Of a stretch of DNA of 64,000 nucleotides, positions 25,745 through 38,199 are shown one piece after another. The notes under the pieces were generated by a model. It was not told where the DNA came from and did not search any database. It was given only the letters and a program-made list of their open reading frames with translations. Within the stretch, counting starts at the first letter, position 1, and each line of letters starts with the position of its first letter. The position numbers were made by a program, and so were the translations under genes. The DNA comes from Mobula hypostoma (Eukaryota), in NCBI RefSeq assembly GCF_963921235.1, contig NC_086118.1, forward strand, positions 27,592,001 through 27,656,000, written 5' to 3'.

Positions 25745-26060
25745 GTCACACAGCGACATAGTGAATAGAGTAGCTGCTTCACTGCCCCTTAGTGCTGTCT
25801 TTGCGGAGTTTGCTCATTCTGTTTGTGAAAACACAGGCTTTCTCCAGGAGCTCTGGTTTCTTATCATATCTAAAAGAGTTCAGGGTCGGAAGGTTAATTG
25901 ACAATTCTAAGTTTCTCCTGAGAGTAAGTAAAGTAATAGGATCTGGACAGAGGTGATAAGAATATGGTGACTGATTGGATTAGTTTAGGATTAATACAAA
26001 AGGCTGCTTGATGGTCAGTGCAGACACAGTGGGCTGAAAGGCCGGTTTCTATTCTGTATG
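25745..26060 (+). mobile_element. tRNA-derived SINE (V-SINE/HE1-like), degraded
   Basis: Core 'gtctttgcggagtttgc.cattct....gaa...ggctttctcc.gg.gctctggtttc' and a CR1-like tail 'gggctgaaaggcc.gtttct.ttctgtat'. Confidence 0.55.
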
Positions 26061-26757
26061 GGTCAGAGATTTCAAATAGCCTGAGCTTGCAGAATTTGTA
26101 TAGGCTCCACTTTCCAGAATGGAAACAATGTATCATTAGTGTTCTCAGTACAGTACCATGTGCTCCCAGATTTATCCTGACTTTTCAACATTAGTCATAG
26201 GTTCTCCTAGTGAGAAAAGTTCCTATTGATGTTGTAAAAGAAGGAAAATTATATTCTGCAACCTGTGATGCTGTTTTGTCAAGTTAATGGGAGTGGAAGA
26301 TAATTAATTGGCCATGAATATGCATGGTCAGTTTCTCAAAGAGCACAATAACAACCATCCTCCACCAAACTACCTTAACTATGATTAAATCACTTCCATG
26401 CACAATCTGCAGAAGAAACTGGTGCTTGTATACCCAACATATAGGCTTTATTTTCCTGTGTAATTTTTGTTTTGTAGAGAATCTAAGTCTGTCGAAAACA
26501 ATGGTTGGGTCATAACTAGAGAATTATATCCAGGTCTGTTCACCATATGTTTGGAAGAATGTGAAATCTCTGGATAGTGTGCAGAAAATGTTTACGGAAG
26601 TGCTCCCAGAGATGACCACTTCAGGCTCTTAGTTTAGACTGGAGAATTTGGGGTTGCTCTGCTTTGAAGAAACAAGTTTCAGGGGAGGTTTAATGGAGAA
26701 ATTCAGGATCATATATAGTTAAGTGATAATAGGAAGCTGATCTGATTAATGGATGAT

Positions 26758-27052
26758 TTATTTATTTATTTATCTGTGCATTTATTTATTTAGCAATATA
26801 GCATGGATTAGGCCCTTGGAGATGCACTGCCAAACAACCCCAATTTAACCCGAACCTAATCATGGGGCAATTTACAATTAACAATTAACATACCCGGTAC
26901 ACCGGAGGAAACTGGAGCACCTGGGAAAAACCCATACATTCCATGGGGAGGATGTAGAGAGACTGCTTACAGAGGATGCCAGAACTGAACTCCAGGTTCC
27001 AATGCCCTGGGCTGTGATAGAATCCTGCTAACCACTACACTAACATGGCACC
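26758..27052 (-). mobile_element. tRNA-derived SINE inserted in a degraded plus-strand CR1 3' end (~26500-27340)
   Basis: (TTTA)n tail and 'ggaggaaactggagcacctgggaaaaacccatac' core. Similar copies at 36515-36806, 37490-37805 and 51145-51370. Confidence 0.65.
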
Positions 27053-27504
27053 CTTGAGAACCAAGGGGGCAAAGATTTAAAACTTTGAACCGAATATATA
27101 AGAGGGCTGTAAAAGAAACTTTCTAACTTTGATGGTAATCAGGATCTGGAATTTATTAACTGCATGGATAGAGGAAAGAAGAACCAATCAAAGCTTTTGA
27201 AATGGGGTTGAATAGGACATGGACAGAGTCTAATATAAGTACAATGCGCAAATGAGACTGACAGAATTGTTCTGCAGGGTGTTGATATAGACTTGACGGA
27301 GCAATTTGATTTTTTTGTGCTTTTGCAGTTTTATGATTCTACTCTGACAGACAATACAGCCTATGCAAATATTGATACCATATTTAATAAGATGTCAGTA
27401 ATAAAAGCAAGAGATTATTTTCCTTTTTCATTTAATTAAAAAAACTAAATGGCTTACATTCTATGGTGCAATTTACAATTGACGTACTCTATAATGTCAG
27501 AGTG

Positions 27505-27660
27505 ATTTATGGTCAATGAATTACTTTAAAACGTAGGCATTGTTGAAATATGGAAAATATAGCAACAAATCTGTGCACTGTGAGCTCTCATACTAACTAA
27601 TGAAATGATGACTGGAGAATCCAGTTTTGAGTCTTTCACTGTTAAGTATTGACCACAAAG
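27505..27660 (-). mobile_element. Deu-domain SINE remnant
   Basis: 'caatgaattactttaaaacgtagg.cattgttg.aatatggaaaa.atagcaac.aatctgtgcac...gagctctca...aatga.atgatgac'. Confidence 0.5.
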
Positions 27661-28925
27661 AAAGGATTTTGCTTTTGGGAATGTTGCACATTAGGTATAA
27701 ATTAAATTCCTGGATAGTTAACTGAATAAAAACGTTTGGCAACTTTGCCGTGAGATGAAAATCATTTTTGTTTTATGGTATATATATTCTTTACTGCTGA
27801 TGATAGTTAAAGTGAGCAGAATATGAATGTTGTACTAGTCAAACCCACCGTTTTTTTACATATGGCCAGTTTTGCATGAGTATATCTTTTTAGAAATTCA
27901 ATTTCCTGAGACACTGAATGAGTAATCACATTTGTAAGAACTTTGTCACAAATTAATGGGAGTCTGTTGGGAAGATGAATATCTTTGGTAAAAGAAAAAG
28001 CAACATTTTGGGACTCTGAATTAAATCCAGAGTATGGTGCACATGCAAAGCAAATCAGTCAGAACCTGTAGAAAGAAAGATAGATTATTGCATTGAATGA
28101 GATTCTTGATCCAAGAAATATTTTTATTTTGCAATCTTAAATGTGCATTTCAATGTATAACTCAATATATCCAGAATCTAATTATTTCCAAACACTAATA
28201 GTTTGACGTTCCCCCAATAATTTGGCATCTGTCTCATCAGATGCTGTTTCCTTCCCTCCCTTTAAACTGACTGTGTTTTGTTCCCTGTACTCTCTTTGAA
28301 CTAACTGAGTTCAATGTAAAAAAAATTATTAGACTGCTCTCTTAAAAAATGTGCGTTAGAAGTGTGTTGCAGTATTAATAGTTGGAATATCCATCTGTCA
28401 GAAAAATCTGCTAGTTTAGCACCATTAAAATTCTGAGGGTGCCAGATTATTTGTGTTTTCTGTTAAAAATATCTATGTTAAATTCCATAGAATGTAAATA
28501 AATGTGTTATCAATTTTTTTTGTTTCCTAGAAGAATTCATTCACTTTAGTCCATACTTTGCTATCAGTGCTACAAACGATGCTGGTTATTATTTATGCAC
28601 AAAAAACTGCAGTATTTTTGTATGAACAAATGTGACTGTAAATGCCAAAGTTCAATTTTTTAAACAAACATACTTTTTCATGAGTGTGAAAATTGCTGGC
28701 ATCTGAGCATTTACTGGCCATCCCAGGCTCCATCCGGAATTCATCGGCAAATTATTTCAGAGGATAGGTAACATTCAAGGACATCAGTGTGTCTAGGCTC
28801 ATTTATACCTGGCACGGATGGCAGATTTATCTTACTGGGGCACTGGTGAGTAACTTGGTCTTTCACAGTTATCTAACAACTTCATTGACTTCTCCTTCCC
28901 TACCCTCATGGAATGCACTCTATAT

Positions 28926-29699
28926 CAGGGGTCCCCAACCTTTTTTGCACAGCGGACCGGTTTAATATTGACAATATTCTTGCGGACAGGCTGACCGGGG
29001 TGGGGGGGGGGTGGTGTTGTTCAAGTAGGGTTAAACTCACCTTAACATGTCTTTTACAGTTAGGATTGTCAACTTTCTCACTCCCAAATAAGGGACAGAA
29101 GTACCAGTCAAATACGACACCCTTGTGTTTACCCCGAGAAAGACTACCATGACCATGAAACCTTGTGCAGGCACCCGTGTGCTCATACGTGACGTGCACA
29201 CGCATGTACGTGCCGTTTTTTTTCCACAAATTGGTTTGGGCTTAATCTTCCCGACTATACTGTACATACATTATTTCTACTTTATATAGGCTGTGTATTT
29301 ATCATATCATTCCTGCTTTTACTATATGTTAGTGTTATTTTAGGTTTTATGTGTTATTTGGTATAATTTGGTAGGTTATTTTTTGGGTCTGGGGACGCCC
29401 AAAAATTTTTCCCATGTAAATTAATGGTAATTGCTTCTTCGCTTTACGCCATTTCGGCACGAAAGGTTTCATAGGAATGCTCTACCTTAGCGGGGGAAAT
29501 ACGGGACAAGGGCGGTCCCGTATGGGACAAACCAATTTAGCCCAATATACGGGATGTCCCAGCAAATACGGGACAGTTGGCAACCCTATCATCAAGTTCA
29601 ACAGTGCATGACAGGGAATGAGGAAAGTGCAGCTGACTCATATTGTTTCCTCGTGGCCCAGTAGCACATACTTTGCGGCCCGGTGGTTACGGACCGCTG
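28926..29699. mobile_element. hAT/Charlie-like MITE containing nested hAT/Blackjack-like and Tigger-like segments
   Basis: TIRs CAGGGGTCCCCAACC / GGTTACGGACCGCTG with flanks ctctatat / ctctattg (6/8 match). Inner TIRs TAGGATTGTCAACT (29061) / AGTTGGCAACCCTA (29588) with repeated CGGGAC motifs. Confidence 0.8.
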
Positions 29700-30320
29700 C
29701 TCTATTGGCTATTGATACTTGTTCTTATAATCCTAACTTTCTTAATTTCCTTCCATTTAAATTCACCAGTTCCCTTGGTGGGATTTTAAGTCACAATATA
29801 AATAGTGCAGACCTTTGGACTCTAGTCTCGTATATAAATCACTCTGACATAGTATCGACTACGGTAAGAGAACCACTGTGCTGCTATTGATCAAATAATA
29901 TCTCATAGTCTGGCACAGCACTGATATGTACTGAAGGTACCAGGTTTATAAATATGGTCTAAACTGAGCATACCAGGCTCCAGCAGGTCTGAAATTAAAC
30001 AAGGTACCTGATTTGGAGCATTTTAAAGGCTGTGCATATTTACTTAACCTCTGATTAACTTTCAGAGTATTTTTTAACAAGATGCAATAATCAGTTCTTC
30101 TGGAAGGTTTAGGAACTTCTGGATTTAGGCACATCAAAGGTGAAGAAATGACAAAGTATTTCCAAGTCACTGTATTATGTGACTTGCAGGGGAATCTGCA
30201 GGTGTCCACGTGTGAATGCTGCCTTTGTCCTTCTAGGTGGTAGAGGCTGCAGTTTTGGGTTGTAGAGTTGAAATGGCCTTTGCTCCTCAAAACCTGCCCT
30301 CTTGTATCCTCTGTTGCAAC

Positions 30321-31226
30321 TGTTACGTACCCCGTAACTGGGTTGCCAAACCAGCAGAAATGGACCACTCAGCTGGAGTCTGGATTACTGGAACTAAGAA
30401 AGTTTTATTAAAGAAATAAGCAACACAGTACTCTAATAGTAAGGATATAAATGCAACAGGTTAGCAATGAATAAACACACATGTACACAGAACTAGGATA
30501 ATAGGGTCAATCAAGCTCTATCGCAGTCTAGGGGTAAAATGATCAATCACAAGTGACAGAGTTCAGTTTAGTTCAGTTCGCAGTAATCGCTGTTGTGCCG
30601 TTGGAGAGAGAGAGAGAGAGAGAATGAATGAATATTCAAATCGGATTCCAAACAGACTTCCGATATTCCTCGCAGTCAGCTTTCGGGCGAGCCCTTTGTA
30701 ATGTCTTCTGAGGTCACCGACTGTGACCCCTCCGTTCCAGATATGATCACTCCTCGGCGGTGAAACCGGCACCCAGGCAAGGGCGGACACACACACCTGG
30801 TTCCCGCCGACCGTATCTTTCCACCCTGTGCGTCTATGGCTGGTCCCGCAACCAGCCTTCCAAAACTCCCACCGACTTGTGGGGGCGCACCGCTTCCAGG
30901 GTCTCATTACCTCGTGGTGTCGTGAGTAGTGTCTCTCGCCTTAGCGAACCTGTCCCTTTTTATCCCCCCTGTTGGGGTATCGCCTGTCCATCAGACTTCA
31001 AACAGTTCAGGGTTCAATGCAGCCGGTCTTGACAATACTCATACCGGTGTCTCTTTCCGTTAAACTCTCTCGACTCCTCATTAACATTTCCAAATGCTGC
31101 TCCATTGTCTTACTTATCTCTCTCTCCTGAAGACAGGTGGCAGATCAACTGATGATCCCACTTGTGATAGCATAGGACAGTTAACATCTTAGTCTATGTG
31201 TACTTTTGTAACCCTCTTTTGTCACA
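30321..31226 (-). mobile_element. Solo LTR (Gypsy-like, 4-bp TSD)
   Basis: Begins TGTTAC and ends GTCACA. TSD CAAC at 30317-30320 and 31227-31230. AATAAA on the minus strand at ~30404. CpG-rich. Confidence 0.8.
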
Positions 31227-31777
31227 CAACCATTCCACCCCTGGCAGTAATATCTTCAGTTGCAAAGGAGCTACACTCTTGAAATTTATCGATAAGTAAA
31301 CCCATTTTGTTTCTTCTTACACCTTCTGAAACATAATCTATTTAACTAAACCTTTAGGTTTCAGTCAAATGCTGTTTGACAACACATCTATGAAATGATT
31401 AGTGACATTTTATTTACTCTTATAGTGTTGTACTGCATGTTGTTGTTTGCAAAAGGAATACAGTGTACCACCGGCTCAATGATTTAAAAGGTCTGGCTGG
31501 GGGCAAAATCTGTCAAAATTGGTAAGTAGGTTTGTTATTGTCATACTCTACCTCCTTAAGTTTGATGAAAAACTTCTGTGCACGGTCCATTTACATAATT
31601 TCATCACATCAGTACACTGAGGTAGTACAAGGGAAATGCAATAAAAGAATATAGAAAGAAGCGTCATCGTTACAGAGACCACGCAGTGCAGACAGACAAT
31701 AATGCGCAAGGCCACAATAGGTAAATCGGGAGGTCAAAGGTCCACCTTATTGTACAAAGGGTCCATCAATAGTCTTA

Positions 31778-32636
31778 GGCTACGTCCACACTAGACTGGA
31801 TAATTTTGAAAATGCAGTTTCGCTTAAAAACAATAGATGTCCACACCAGGCGTTTTAAAAACTATCTCCATCCTCCTACTGGGCATGCACAGGACACAGA
31901 AAACAAGCGAAGAGGAAACGGTATACTTGGTGCGCATTTGTCCAGCTACAGAGTAGAAAAACTTGAAAGGAATTGCCGTTGGCTCTCGCGCAGGAGGACT
32001 TAAAACTTAAAAAAAATACTGGAGTGTATGGAGGCAACTGACAGGGAGTTCACAGACAGTATGACTGATGACGAACATTGAAAAGCTGACTAACTCTGTT
32101 GCATTAATAAAGCACCTTGTTAAATGTATAAAACATGTCTGCATCAGAGTTATCTTGTATTTCCATACAATGTTACATTAGGCTGTTACACATCTATTGT
32201 CAGAGAAGTACTTGCATAAATAGGTAAACAACCTTCATGCAAGCAAGGACAGAAAACAGGGCAAAGTGAGTATACTTATTTATTCAGTAAGCTATGGGTC
32301 AAAGTATTTGGTGAGTACATTTCTAACTCTTCTGGCTTCAGTCTCGTTGCCGTCTGTTCTGAAATTGTTGGGTTGTTTGGGGGGTTGCGTTCAAGAAAAC
32401 AATGAAATGCCGTGCTGCTGCCATCTGTTCCGGCACGTCATGACAGCGTTTTTAAAAATATCCGTTTACCCCGTCCACACTGCTCTGCACAATCGGCTTT
32501 TTCAAATTTACACACCCTGGAGGGCGTTTCAGAAAATCTCCTTTTAAAGGGGAGGAAAACACCTAGTGTGGACAGAGGGTCAAAACGAAGAAAAAAGCTT
32601 CAGTTACTGATTTATCCGGTCTAGTGTGGATATTCC
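31778..32636. mobile_element. PIF/Harbinger-like MITE
   Basis: TIRs GGCTACGTCCACACTAGACTGGATAA / TTATCCGGTCTAGTGTGGATA after TTA, with subterminal GTCCACAC repeats. Confidence 0.7.
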
Positions 32637-32759
32637 ATCTGTACTGAGGTGATGAAATTATCTGTATGGTATGCAAAAAAAAAGCTTTTCACTGAACTTT
32701 GGGACATGTGACAATAATAACAATTTACCAGTCTGTTGCTATAAGAACATAATACCTTA

Positions 32760-33170
32760 AGACATAGAATTAGGCCATCGGACCATGGACACTGCTCTAC
32801 CATTCCATCATGGCTGATTTATTATCCGTCTCAATTCCATTCTCCTGCCTTCTTCCATAACCTTTGACACCCTTGCTAATCAAGAACCTATCAACCTTCA
32901 CTTTAAATATACCCAATGTCTTGGCCTCCTCAGTAGTTTGTGGCAACTAATTACACAGATTCACTACCCTCTGGCTAAAGAAATTCCTCCTCATCTCTGT
33001 TCTAAAAGCACCTCCTATTCTAAAACTGTACCCTCCGGTCCTCAGCTCCCCCACTACAGGAAACATCCTCTTCACGTCTACTCTATCTAGTGTGATTCAA
33101 TGAGACCCCCTCCCCACTTCTAGATCCCAGCAAGTACAGGCCCAGAACTATCAAACATTCCTCATAAGTT
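32760..33170 (-). mobile_element. CR1 3' fragment
   Basis: 'gacatagaattaggccat...ccattccatcatggctgattt...cagattcactaccctctggctaaagaaattcctcc'. Confidence 0.75.
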
Positions 33171-33564
33171 AGAGTCCAAAACTTTTAAATAATTGGAAAT
33201 ATGATACACCATATTCCCACTGTGCCTTATTAGATAATGTTCCTCATTTTCAGCTATTAATCAGATTACACCTCAGTTCTTTAAACTCAGTGCAAGCCAG
33301 CAGTCTGAACCCCATCTTCTTCACTGAACTCGGAAGCCAAGCTACACTCCAATGAAACTTGTCTGCAAGCTCTGTCAAGGTTGGTGTGCCCTTTCTGAAG
33401 TTGGGACCAAAAATCAAAGACGATTCTTTAAATAGGTTCTGATCAAAACACTCAATGGAATCATAGCTTCTCCCTTTGTAACACAGCTACTTTGAGATAA
33501 AAGTTAAGCCTTGCTGATCCTTTTTTGAGTTACTCTCTATTAATCTATTCGAATTTGTGTGCAG

Positions 33565-33880
33565 CATTGTAGCGACGTGATTAGCACAATGCTTTTCAGT
33601 GCTAGCTTCAAGATTGGAATTTGATTCCCACTACTGTCTGTAATGAGTTAGTCCATTATCCTGTGACCACCTAGGCCTGCTTTGGTGCTTCAGCTTCCTC
33701 CCACATTCCAAAGGCATACGGTTAGGGTTAGTGAATTATGGGCATACTACGTTGGTGCCAAAAGCCTGGTGACACTTCAGGCTGCTCATTACAATCCTTA
33801 CTGATTTGATTTGACATAAGTGATGCATTTCACTGTATGTTTTAATGTGCATGTGAAAAATAAAGCTTATCTTTATCTTT
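33565..33880 (+). mobile_element. tRNA-derived SINE
   Basis: Degenerate A/B boxes 'tgtagcgacgtgattagc...ggaatttgattccc', core 'gcttcctcccacattccaaag', tail 'aataaagcttatctttatcttt'. Confidence 0.6.
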
Positions 33881-34029
33881 AAAGATCTTTAAAACTACGA
33901 ATATTTACACTTTAAAGTTTATTGTCTGCTTAACAGTATCCGATTTATATGACATTATATACCTGTGTAAAGCCCTGCTCCAGAACATGCTCATTGTCTT
34001 TCTACTGCAACGTGCAGTGAGGTATTTTT

Positions 34030-34518
34030 AGAACATAGGACACAGAAATCTACAGCACATTACAGGCCCTTCAGCCCACAATGTTGAGCCAATCATGTAA
34101 CCTACACCAGAAATTGCCTAGAATTTCCCTACCGCATAGCCCTCTATCTTTCTAAGCTCCATGTACCTATTTGAGTCTCTAAAGAACCCTATTGCATCTG
34201 CCTTCACCACCATTGCTGGCAGTGCACTTCATGCATCCACTACTCTCCGTGTGAAAAATGTACCCCTGACATTCCCTCTGTACCTGCTTCCAAGCACCTT
34301 AAAACTATGCCCCCTCATGTTAGTCATTTCAGCCATAGGAAAAAAGCCTCCGGCTAAGCACACGATCAATGCCTCTCATTAACTTGTACACCTCAATCGG
34401 GTCACTTCTCATTCCCCCAGCGTTCCAAGAAGAAAAGGCCAACTTCACTCAACCTATTCTCATAAGGCACACTCCTCTGCAGTCTCTCTACAGTATCCAC
34501 ATCCTTCCTGTAGTGAGG
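34030..34518 (-). mobile_element. CR1 3' fragment (same subfamily as 11229-12122)
   Basis: 'ctacagcacattacaggcccttcagcccacaatgttg' 3' UTR plus RT C-terminal remnant. Confidence 0.8.
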
Positions 34519-34519
34519 T

Positions 34520-35987
34520 TTTACTTTAGCAGTTTTTCTGCTAGTGCAGTGTGTTCTGTTAGTTGAGCTTCATACACTAGTGTTTTGGCTTCGGCTGAGA
34601 TAAGGAGCATTTGCTCAGGCTAGGAACGTTGTGTTGGCCATTTGGGATTGTCTGTCCAGTGGGATGTCAGGGAACATTCGAGAGAGCTGGTGGGGGGTGG
34701 GGAGAATCAGATTTCTGAAGGACAGTAGTCTGGCTTGGGGTCTTTTGTTAGGAGGTGCAGAGAAGAGCACGAGGGAAGAGGCTTGGAGGATCCCACCCAA
34801 GGGGGAGACCCTATTGCAAGCAGTGCTTTGTGCAGACAGAAGGTTTCAAAGGAGGAAGTGCCAATACTCCTACGAGGGGTGATTGATAAGTTCGTGGCCT
34901 AAGGTAGAAGGAGTCAATTTTAGTAAACCTAGCACATTTATTTTTCAACATAGTCCCCTCCTACATTTACACACTTAGTCCAGCAGTCGTGGAGCATACG
35001 GATCTTGGACCTCCAGAAAGTGTCCACAGATGGGTAATTGATAAGTTCGTGGCCTAAAGTAGAAGGAGATGAGTTATACAGCTCTCGTTACATGCACATG
35101 CAATTCAACTCTTTGAGTGATTATGCAGAAATTTTGAAGATAATAACACATCGCCTTCTACCTTAGGCCACGAATTTATCAATCACCCTGATGAGTTATT
35201 AACTTCAAACTTTCCACATAATCATTCAAAGAGCTGAACTGCACGTGCATGTAATGTGAGCTGTATAACTCATCTCCTTCCTTAGGCTACGAACTTATCA
35301 ATCACCCATGTTGAGGACACTTTCCAAGATCCGTATGCTCCACGACCGCTGGACTAAGTGTGTAAATGTAGGAGGGGACTATGTTGAAAAATAAATGTGC
35401 TAGGTTTTCTAAAATTGACTCCTCCTACATTAGGCCACGAACTTATCAATCTATACCCCCCCCCCCGCCCAGTAAGTTAGCCAGTTCATTCGAAATGGTC
35501 TTTGAGGTAAGTAGTTTGAACCGTGGCTGCTGTCCTTTATGCAGAACGTGGGTTTAGCATGTAAGTAATCATCAAAGGAAAGCATTTCGACTACTCCAGA
35601 AATGAGCGCCGGCATTTATGTGCACACTTAGCCTGGTTTAACTGTACAGGGCCCTTTTCTTTTTTTCCCCTATTAACTGTTTGCTAAAGTTGAAATGCCT
35701 ATAAAACTACTTCCACTTTAGTTTTATGCTACTGCAAGGTCTGTTAGTTCCTGGCGAATAACTTTGCATGGGGCAGCATTTACACAGCATTTGCCACAAT
35801 TTTCAATCCTTCGTTGAAACATTCCATCTTTCCTGTTTGGTTGAATCGTAATTGTACTGACTCTAGATGTGTGTTGCTTATCGAAGGTGGCCTTCTCACT
35901 GTTACCCATGCACGCTGAGTCATGTGGCTGTTAGCCAGAGTTAGCTAACAAGCCAAGTTTGTTACGAGGCACAGTGAGAGGGTTACA
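34520..35987. mobile_element. Possible LTR-like element hosting the mariner fold-back
   Basis: GC-richer sequence on both sides of the mariner element, ending 'gagggttaca'. The left boundary and TSD are unclear. Confidence 0.25.
34871..35451. mobile_element. Mariner-derived fold-back element with five TIR copies
   Basis: TIR TACGAGGGGTGATTGATAAGTTCGTGGCCTAAGGTAGAAGGAG. Transposase C-terminus RMLHDRWTKCVNVGGDYVEK* at 35332-35394(+), with a mirror copy at ~34938-35003(-). Confidence 0.9.
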
Positions 35988-36859
35988 CCTGCATTGAATG
36001 TAGTCCAGCAATCACATTTGCTTCTTTATGCTTGCATATAATTTTAACAATATAATTGCAAAGAAGATAATAATACAAGATGGTATTTAATACATCAAAA
36101 GTAATTCACAAATACTGAGCTTACAGATATTGTGCAGATAGTTGAGAGATGACATTTACAGTTGAATAACAAGGGCAACAAAGCAATTGTGTGCGGTTTA
36201 ATGCATTGAGCTGTGTGTTGTGGTGAGCTATCTCACCAAGCAGCTGGTCTGTGCATTGCTACCCAAACAGAATCAGCAACCTGTGCCTCCCTGCTCCCCA
36301 ACTGCATCACCCGTGGTACGAGTCTAAGGAAGAGTTTAATTCTGCCACCTGTGGACTAGCCTGTCTTATATTCTTGGCTGTAAATAGTTTCATGCAGAAT
36401 GGCAAATGAACTTCAGCACTCATCAGTATCCTGCACCGAAGCTCTATTCCTCACTTTTATGTTTAAACTATGCTTTAATCATAACTACATAGTTAAAGAA
36501 TCAAAGGATTTTAATTAATTCATTTACTTAGTGATACAGTGCAGGCAGGGCCTTCTGGCCTTTCAAACCATGTTGCCCCAGCAACCCCTGACAAACCCAA
36601 TTATTAACCTAATCAGGGGACAATTTCTAATGAACAGTTAACCTATCTGATATATCTTTGGACTCATGGGAGGAAAGCGGAGGATCAGGAGAAGATCCAC
36701 CCATTCCTCAGGGAGGATGTGCAGACACTCACTACAGAATGGTGCCAAAATTGAACTCTAAACTCCAGAGTGCCCCAAGATAACCATCACGCTACGGTGG
36801 TGCCTGGGATTACCTTCATTCACTCTATCAAGCAAATCTAACATTTACTGAAAGACTTT

Positions 36860-37374
36860 AGGCTGATTTATACTTCTGCGTCAAATCGACGCCATAGTTA
36901 TGGCGTAGCCATGAACCCTACACAGAGCCTACGTGGATCCCTATGCCGTAGCCTGACGCGCACCTCTCCCAAAATGTAACTACGCGTCGCGGCAACGCAG
37001 ACCGCAACAACTGTGATTGGTCCGCTTGGTAGCATCGCATTTCCTCCTACGCTGCGATAGCTTCCCATTGGGCGACTGAAGGGCAGGGAAGGAACTCTGG
37101 CTGCAATGCTTTCCATAAAGCTTTCCAGACCTCCGAAATTATGGAGGACACATTTCGCTTTTACGAGAAAAGACACTTGCTTTAAACTTGTTTACCCCAA
37201 GAAGAACTACCATGACCATGAAGCCTTGCACGGGCAGGTGTGTGCGCATGTGCGACGTGCCCGAATTGCAGAGCGACGCAGACACACCAATGCACAAGTA
37301 TAAATGCTCACAATGCGCATAGGCCGCTTGCGTAGGTTACGGCGTCCATTTGACACAGATGTATAAATCAGCCT
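36860..37374. mobile_element. PIF/Harbinger-like MITE
   Basis: TIRs AGGCTGATTTATACTTCTGCGTCAAAT / ATTTGACACAGATGTATAAATCAGCCT, T/A-rich 3-bp flanks, CpG-rich. Confidence 0.75.
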
Positions 37375-38199
37375 TTACTCATATGCCAAAACACTGCTAA
37401 TGTTTCATCTCCAAGTGTTGCATAATTGAAACATTTGATGTGACATTATCAGCACCACAGTGTCTCGTGGCAGGTATCCACTAGATCCCATGTGACAACC
37501 AAACGATTAAGCTTTATTTTTCACATGCACATTGAAAAATTCAGTGTAAAGCTTTGGTTGCCTCAAATCAAATCAGCAAAGAATATGTTGATCAGTCAGC
37601 AAGTGTCACTTCCAGCACCAATATTGCCTGCCGACAAGTAACCGTACACTTTTGGCATGTGGAAGGAAACTGGAGCACCCAGAGGAAACCCACACAAAGG
37701 CACAGCGAGAATGTACAAACTTGATACAGACAACTTGGGAATCGAACCCTGATCCTATGGCTTTCTAAAACATGCGCTAACGGCTAAGCTACATTGCCAC
37801 ACATTGTAGCAGCTGAAGTAAACTTCAGTTCCTCAACACATAACTCCTGGATCTTGGGCCAGGAAAGACGGTGGTATTCAGCTGTGAACATCTCTTTGCA
37901 CTGGAAGACCAGCAAGGTTCAGGCAGACAAAAGTGTGACTTTATCCGAGTTGATGGTTTTCTAACAACAGCTGATATTTGTCTGGATATAGTCGTCTGTG
38001 AACTTTCAACAAAACTTGGCAATTTATGAATAAACTCAACGGAGAGTGAAATAGCTCACCATAACACACAGCTTAAATGAATTAAACGGCAAACAAATGT
38101 GCCATTGCTTGGTCGTCCTTGTATTCACCTGTAAATGTCATTCCTTGAATTTATCGAAACTATATTTGTGAATTACTTTTGATGTAGGTATTAAATACC

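Noticed and set aside
34871..35451. Repeated ~40-bp units as a CRISPR-like array
   Set aside because: The units occur in both orientations with mirrored spacers and mariner transposase sequence. The context is eukaryotic and there are no cas genes.
37825..38022. 65-aa minus-strand ORF and an overlapping open plus frame as a host exon
   Set aside because: No recognisable protein similarity and no convincing splice sites.
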